Source: an uncultured Spirochaetaceae bacterium (GTDB lineage Bacteria > Spirochaetota > Spirochaetia > DSM-27196 > SKKC01). Taken from it: 54,297 nt of DNA. Positions 53,828 through 54,297 of this stretch are shown here, piece by piece (the stretch's first letter is position 1; the number at the start of each line of letters is the position of its first letter). The notes below the pieces were generated by a model. That model did no database searches and was not told the DNA's origin. It saw only the letters and a program-made list of their open reading frames with translations. The position numbers and the translations under genes are program-made. Where the stretch lies: contig CAZMEV010000007.1 in assembly GCA_964565375.1 (NCBI GenBank), positions 4,504-58,800 of the forward strand, given 5' to 3'.

Positions 53828-54088
53828 CTATTTCTTCAGTTCACTTTCGAGCCGGCGTAGCTCTTCGGGGTTAATTGAGTCCCGTTCAAAGAAATATCCA
53901 TACAGATATGAAACGAGAATCGCGGGCACGATCCACACGAGCCAGAGCATAATGTTCGTAGCCGGCGGAAAGCCGAGAAAATAGGCAGTCGGTTGACTGA
54001 CCGTATCCATGAGATTCATGGATACGAAGCCCACAAGCCATACAAGCAGCACTCCTACAAGCGAAAACCGATGGCCTGAGCCGAGCAA
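53828..54088 (-). CDS. small 2-TM membrane protein, possible symporter small subunit (YhdT/DUF997-like)
   Basis: Its stop lies 9 nt before the symporter start. Hydrophobic segments are VGVLLVWLVGFV and IMLWLVWIVPAILVSYLYGYFF. The start is uncertain: TTG 54088, GTG 54052 or ATG 54019. Confidence 0.4.
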   Translation of the reverse strand: MLGSGHRFSLVGVLLVWLVGFVSMNLMDTVSQPTAYFLGFPPATNIMLWLVWIVPAILVSYLYGYFFERDSINPEELRRLESELKK

Positions 54089-54184
54089 GCAAGATCGGAG
54101 TTCATGAGTTCGGGATATTGTGACAAAAATAACGGCAAATTCTGCTTCGGCGATGCGCTCGAACCTTGAACTGCAGACACCGAA

Positions 54185-54273
54185 TCCGTAATATGCCAAC
54201 TGTATTCGATAGGAATATATCGATATTTCTACTATTAAATATACGGAAACAAAACGGAGACAAGGAGACAGCA
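54185..54273. promoter_or_regulatory. AT-rich divergent promoter region with a 10-bp palindrome
   Basis: GC content drops sharply here. The palindrome atatcgatat lies at 54217-54226, and an AAGGAGA RBS at 54262-54268 serves the plus-strand gene. Confidence 0.4.
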
Positions 54274-54297
54274 ATGACAGAGGCTACCAGGCAGCAA
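54274..54297 (+). CDS. 5' end of an unidentified gene (partial, runs off the window)
   Basis: The ATG at 54274 lies 5 nt after the AAGGAGA RBS. Only 8 codons (MTEATRQQ) are visible. Confidence 0.4.

Noticed and set aside
1-54297. Search for mobile elements, prophage genes, toxin-antitoxin pairs or known defence genes
   Set aside because: No transposase, integrase, phage structural or nuclease/helicase defence-type motifs were recognised in any frame. Composition looks uniform apart from short AT-rich promoter islands.

Overview
This is a densely coding, GC-rich (by eye, above 55%) bacterial chromosomal segment made up mostly of housekeeping genes. I found no rRNA, tRNA, CRISPR array, transposase, integrase or recognisable defence island. 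Confident calls are recO, lon, a VanY/M15B peptidase, a GldA/F/G-type ABC operon with DUF4340, rnz, fabV, hisD, folC, an NFACT/RqcH-like protein, murD, add, a FemAB-family transferase, metG, murE, ddl, a 7-bladed lactonase, dinB, dapL, arsC plus acr3, and a CBS-type family II pyrophosphatase. Gene content (FabV/TER-type reductase, DapL, Maf/DUF115 paralogues, FemAB-like transferase) fits a free-living spirochaete-like organism, but taxonomy cannot be settled without a database search. Five things deserve a second look. (1) A five-gene, translationally coupled cluster at 7549-15551 holds a 789-aa hyper-acidic protein, two Maf paralogues and two proteins with degenerate GGDEF-like domains, with no sugar-biosynthesis or flagellin genes nearby. 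(2) An orphan Dam/FokI-like (D12-class) N6-adenine DNA methyltransferase with a roughly 240-aa uncharacterised C-terminal extension sits between metG and murE. (3) A sodium:solute symporter gene reads as one intact 495-codon ORF but carries two compensating frameshifts, so about 146 internal codons are read in the wrong frame. (4) A Memo-like protein is coupled to a membrane pseudokinase. (5) Seven unrelated short tandem-repeat arrays lie in intergenic regions, some carrying palindromes in promoter positions. The ORF track uses ATG, GTG and TTG starts; several starts were moved inward from the maximal ORF and remain uncertain.
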